From Actinomycetota bacterium (lineage in GTDB: Bacteria; Actinomycetota; Thermoleophilia; RBG-16-64-13): a stretch of DNA of 64,000 nucleotides. The notes beneath the pieces were generated by a model, which saw only the letters and a program-made list of their open reading frames with translations, made no database searches and was not told the origin of the DNA. The position numbers and the translations under genes are program-made. The stretch's first letter is position 1. The number at the start of each line of letters is the position of its first letter. Shown here one piece after another: positions 61,170 through 64,000 of this stretch. The stretch covers positions 7,482 through 71,481 of the forward strand of contig JAHJSA010000023.1 in assembly GCA_018830645.1 (NCBI GenBank), in the 5' to 3' direction.

Positions 61170-62552
61170 ATGGTAGAACAAGCACGTCTCAGTCTGCTTC
61201 GCGTACTCGGACCGCTCCACGTGTGGGCACTCGGCGTGGGCATCGTGCTCGTGGGCGAGTTCATGGGATGGAACTTCACCGTCGCGAAGGGTGGTGTGTT
61301 CGGAGCGCTCGTGGCCTGTTGGTTCGCGGGTATCCTCTACTCATGCGTGGCCATGATCGACTCCGAGGTCTCGTCCACGGTGGCCTCCGCCGGCGGACAG
61401 TACGCGCAGGCGAAGCATATCCTGGGTCCGCTCGCGGCCTTCAACCTCGGGCTGTTCCTGATATTCGAATACAGCATGCTGGAAGCCGCCGACGCCATCG
61501 TGATCGGCGCCATCGTGCAGCAGCTGCACCCGGCGCTCAGTCCCACCGCGTTCGTGGTGCTCACCATCGCGTTCCTCACCTGGCTCAACTACCGTGGGGT
61601 CCATACCTCTCTCACCTTCAACGCCGTGATCACCGGCGTGGCATTCCTGACGATCATCGCCCTCTTGTTCGGATCTGAGTTCTGGAATCCAGGCAAGATC
61701 ATCAAGACAGAGGAGCTCTTCACGCAACTCCCCGGTCATGCCGATCCCAAGTCACCTTATGGCTGGCTCGGGTTCCTTGCCGCTCTGCAGTTCGGCATCT
61801 GGTACTACCTCGGCATCGAAGGGACCTGCCAGACGGCAGAGGAATGCCGTTCAGCGCCCAGAGCCCTGCCGATCGGCACCATGTCGGGCTTGATCACGCT
61901 GCTCATCGCAGCGACCATCACCTGGTACGTCGGCACGGGCCTGGTCGATTGGGTGACGCTGGGCTCCTCGGCCTATCCGCTGTATGACGCGGCGCTCGCC
62001 ACGGGCAAGCAGTGGGTGATCGTGCTTCTCTTCATCGGCACGATACTCTCCTGCCTCGCCTCCGCGAACGGGTGTATCAACGACGCGTCTCGGGCTTGGT
62101 TCGCGATGGGTCGCGACCAATTCATCCCGAAGTTCTTCGGTGGCGTCCATCCTAAGTACAAGACCCCGTACCGCGCCATCCTGTTCCTCGTGCCGATCGC
62201 CATCGCCTTCGGCTACACCGGTCTGCTCGACCAGGTGATCACCTTCTCGATCATGTCGGGGCTGTTGATGTACGCGATCATGCCCATCAACATGATCCGT
62301 TTCAGGCGTCTCTACCCGATGGGCTCGATCAAACGAGGCTACGTCTATCCGTTCCACCCCTTCCCGTCGTATGTGCTGTTGCTGTTTGCGGCCGCGACGT
62401 TCGTGGCCATATACTTCGGGTATTGGAGGAACATGGTCGCCGCCCTGCTGTTCTACCTCTTTGCTTCCATCTGGTTCGTGTACCACAGGTACAAGATGGT
62501 CGACAGGTCCAGGCTCTACACGATGCCGTGGCCACGACCGAAGGGATACTGA
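61170..62552 (+). CDS. APC-superfamily permease (ethanolamine/amino-acid permease-like)
   Basis: 460 aa, 12 predicted TM, APC-family sequence features. Confidence 0.8.
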   Translation: MVEQARLSLLRVLGPLHVWALGVGIVLVGEFMGWNFTVAKGGVFGALVACWFAGILYSCVAMIDSEVSSTVASAGGQYAQAKHILGPLAAFNLGLFLIFEYSMLEAADAIVIGAIVQQLHPALSPTAFVVLTIAFLTWLNYRGVHTSLTFNAVITGVAFLTIIALLFGSEFWNPGKIIKTEELFTQLPGHADPKSPYGWLGFLAALQFGIWYYLGIEGTCQTAEECRSAPRALPIGTMSGLITLLIAATITWYVGTGLVDWVTLGSSAYPLYDAALATGKQWVIVLLFIGTILSCLASANGCINDASRAWFAMGRDQFIPKFFGGVHPKYKTPYRAILFLVPIAIAFGYTGLLDQVITFSIMSGLLMYAIMPINMIRFRRLYPMGSIKRGYVYPFHPFPSYVLLLFAAATFVAIYFGYWRNMVAALLFYLFASIWFVYHRYKMVDRSRLYTMPWPRPKGY

Positions 62553-62707
62553 TCCCGTAGCAGGCGGAGTCGACGCAAGGCGCCGTGGGCCGGACACTGT
62601 CCGGCCCACGGACTGCCTGCAGAGACCAGTTTCGGAGCGAGGGCCGCGGATGCGGAACATGAAGGAGGCCCCAAGTCGACATTTCGTTCGCGCTCAAGAT
62701 CGTACTC

Positions 62708-63400
62708 TTGGTCCCGGTCGCTCTTCTCCTCTGGTGGCGCATCAAGCACGCCTACCGCGATGAGCACGTCGGTCGAGAGGGTCTACTCGACGCATTCGTC
62801 GCGGCGCTCCCCGACGCGACCGTCGACAAAGGACCCCAGGGTCTTCCCCGGCTGCGCGGGCGGCTGGACGGAGCTGCACTCCTGGTGAGCCTCCACGCCG
62901 ACACACTCGCCTTGCGTACCTTGCCGACCTTGCGGTTGGAGGCCCGATGGGACCGCCCGCACAATGCGGTGGTCGACGTGATGCTGGATCCGAGTGGCAC
63001 GGAGTACTTCGCCGAAGGCCTCGGCCTCGGGGGGCGTGCAGCCCCCCCCGAAGGCTGGCCGGACACCACGATAGTGCAAGTCTCGGGCATCGAGGCCGTC
63101 CCGATCGTCGAGCGCCTGTCGGCAGTCGATCCCCGCGCCTTCCCTGCACTCAAGCACATCCTGGTTAGCCGGGATGAACTCAGGCTCACGATGAATTGCG
63201 CCCGAGCCGACCGGCAGACCTACCGCGTGTTACGCTCAGCCACGTTCAAACCCGACGCCGTCGGGCCCGTCATCGTGAAGCAGACGATAGATGCCCTCCG
63301 CACGTTGGAAGTGGCGGCCTCAGGCGCGCCCGCCGCCGGCCCGGAGGAGAGCACTGTCACGGCCGCGCCCGCCGCGAACCCGAACGAGAAGGACTTCTAG
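62708..63400 (+). CDS. Hypothetical protein with N-terminal TM segment
   Basis: ORF with coding-like composition; TTG start, no RBS; function unknown. Confidence 0.4.
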   Translation: MVPVALLLWWRIKHAYRDEHVGREGLLDAFVAALPDATVDKGPQGLPRLRGRLDGAALLVSLHADTLALRTLPTLRLEARWDRPHNAVVDVMLDPSGTEYFAEGLGLGGRAAPPEGWPDTTIVQVSGIEAVPIVERLSAVDPRAFPALKHILVSRDELRLTMNCARADRQTYRVLRSATFKPDAVGPVIVKQTIDALRTLEVAASGAPAAGPEESTVTAAPAANPNEKDF

Positions 63401-63769
63401 ATGCTCAAACGCACGCGCCCGCCGGCTGCGAACCAGCCGCCCAAGAAGCCGTATTCAGTGACCCTCGTGACGGTGGCGGCGATGCTGCTACCCGGCTCCG
63501 GTCAGGTGCTCAACGGCCACCCCGTACGCGGTATCACCATGCAGTTCTTCATGATGCTGATGGCGTTCATCACATATCAGGTGACCGACCCGGATATCTC
63601 CTTCGTGGGCAGGATCGCCGGCGGGATCCTCGTGTACCTCGTCTCCGTGCTGGACGCCCGAGGCATGGCGGTGCGGCGGATGCGGGCCTGGGAGCGGGCC
63701 ACGAGCCCCGAGACAGCGGGCGCAGACCCCGAGACCGCAGGATCCGAGAGCGCCGAACCTAGCCCCTGA
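63401..63769 (+). CDS. Hypothetical small membrane protein (122 aa, 2 TM)
   Basis: Hydrophobic helices, Pro/Glu-rich C-terminus; ATG directly follows the upstream stop. Confidence 0.4.
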   Translation: MLKRTRPPAANQPPKKPYSVTLVTVAAMLLPGSGQVLNGHPVRGITMQFFMMLMAFITYQVTDPDISFVGRIAGGILVYLVSVLDARGMAVRRMRAWERATSPETAGADPETAGSESAEPSP

Positions 63770-64000
63770 TCACGAGCACCGGACAGTGGGCGGCATGGAG
63801 CACCTGGGTGCTCACCGAACCCAACAGGAGGCTCGCGAGACCCCCGTGACCCCGGCTGCCCACCACGATCAGGCTGCACGTACCGTCTTCGTGGGCAGCA
63901 TCCACGATGCCGGCCGCGGGCGACCTGTCTTCGATCAGGAGCGAATCCACGACTACATCTCCACCCGAGGCCGCAGCTCGGATACGCTCCTCCGACTCAG
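63759..64000 (-). CDS. Universal stress protein (UspA family) C-terminal part; gene continues beyond the window end
   Basis: ...SLIVVGSRGHGGLASLLLGSVSTQVLHAAHCPVLVIRG is the conserved UspA ATP-binding C-terminus; the frame is open to the window edge. Confidence 0.6.
   Translation of the reverse strand, partial: ESEERIRAAASGGDVVVDSLLIEDRSPAAGIVDAAHEDGTCSLIVVGSRGHGGLASLLLGSVSTQVLHAAHCPVLVIRG

Overview
This is a high-GC (~65-70%) chromosomal segment that looks actinobacterial and anaerobic. The first ~30 kb is core metabolism. It carries a 5'-truncated HemL-like aminotransferase, a 3-hydroxyacyl-CoA dehydrogenase and a livFGMH-plus-binding-protein branched-chain amino-acid ABC transporter. After these come leuS and the conserved actinobacterial block polA-rpsA-coaE-(lytic transglycosylase)-uvrB. 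Next is a glutamine synthetase (glnA) locus with a three-gene archaeal-type glutamate synthase (glutamine amidotransferase / FMN subunit / GXGXG subunit), an HdrB/HdrC-like Fe-S protein and a standalone YerD-like FMN protein. This part ends with an enolase-superfamily protein, a radical SAM protein and a MoxR/VWA pair. The second half is the standout. A large minus-strand island (44.6-59.5 kb) plus a smaller cluster (31.2-35.7 kb) encode a complete-looking methylamine utilisation system built on genetically encoded pyrrolysine. I can read a tRNA-Pyl gene with CUA anticodon (pylT), a split pyrrolysyl-tRNA synthetase (pylSn, pylSc) and the biosynthesis genes pylB and pylC. No pylD is visible in the window. 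Five methylamine methyltransferase genes carry an in-frame TAG exactly at the conserved Pyl position: mtmB, two copies of mtbB and two copies of mttB. The six-frame track splits each of these into two ORFs. A sixth MttB-superfamily gene has no TAG. Accessory genes fill out the pathway: three cognate corrinoid (B12-binding) proteins, a URO-D family MtbA/MtqA-like methyltransferase, APC-family permeases, and Lrp and TetR regulators. Carbamoyl-phosphate synthase large subunit (carB), an aldehyde:ferredoxin oxidoreductase (AOR)/ferredoxin/MoaD cluster and a lower-GC operon of small membrane proteins plus a permease fill the remaining space. TAG is still used as an ordinary stop codon by at least three housekeeping genes here, so UAG is dual-use rather than reassigned. 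Coordinates derived by frame arithmetic from the ORF track are firm. Those read directly off the sequence lines (pylT, homopolymers, hairpin, small ORF) may be off by 1-2 nt.
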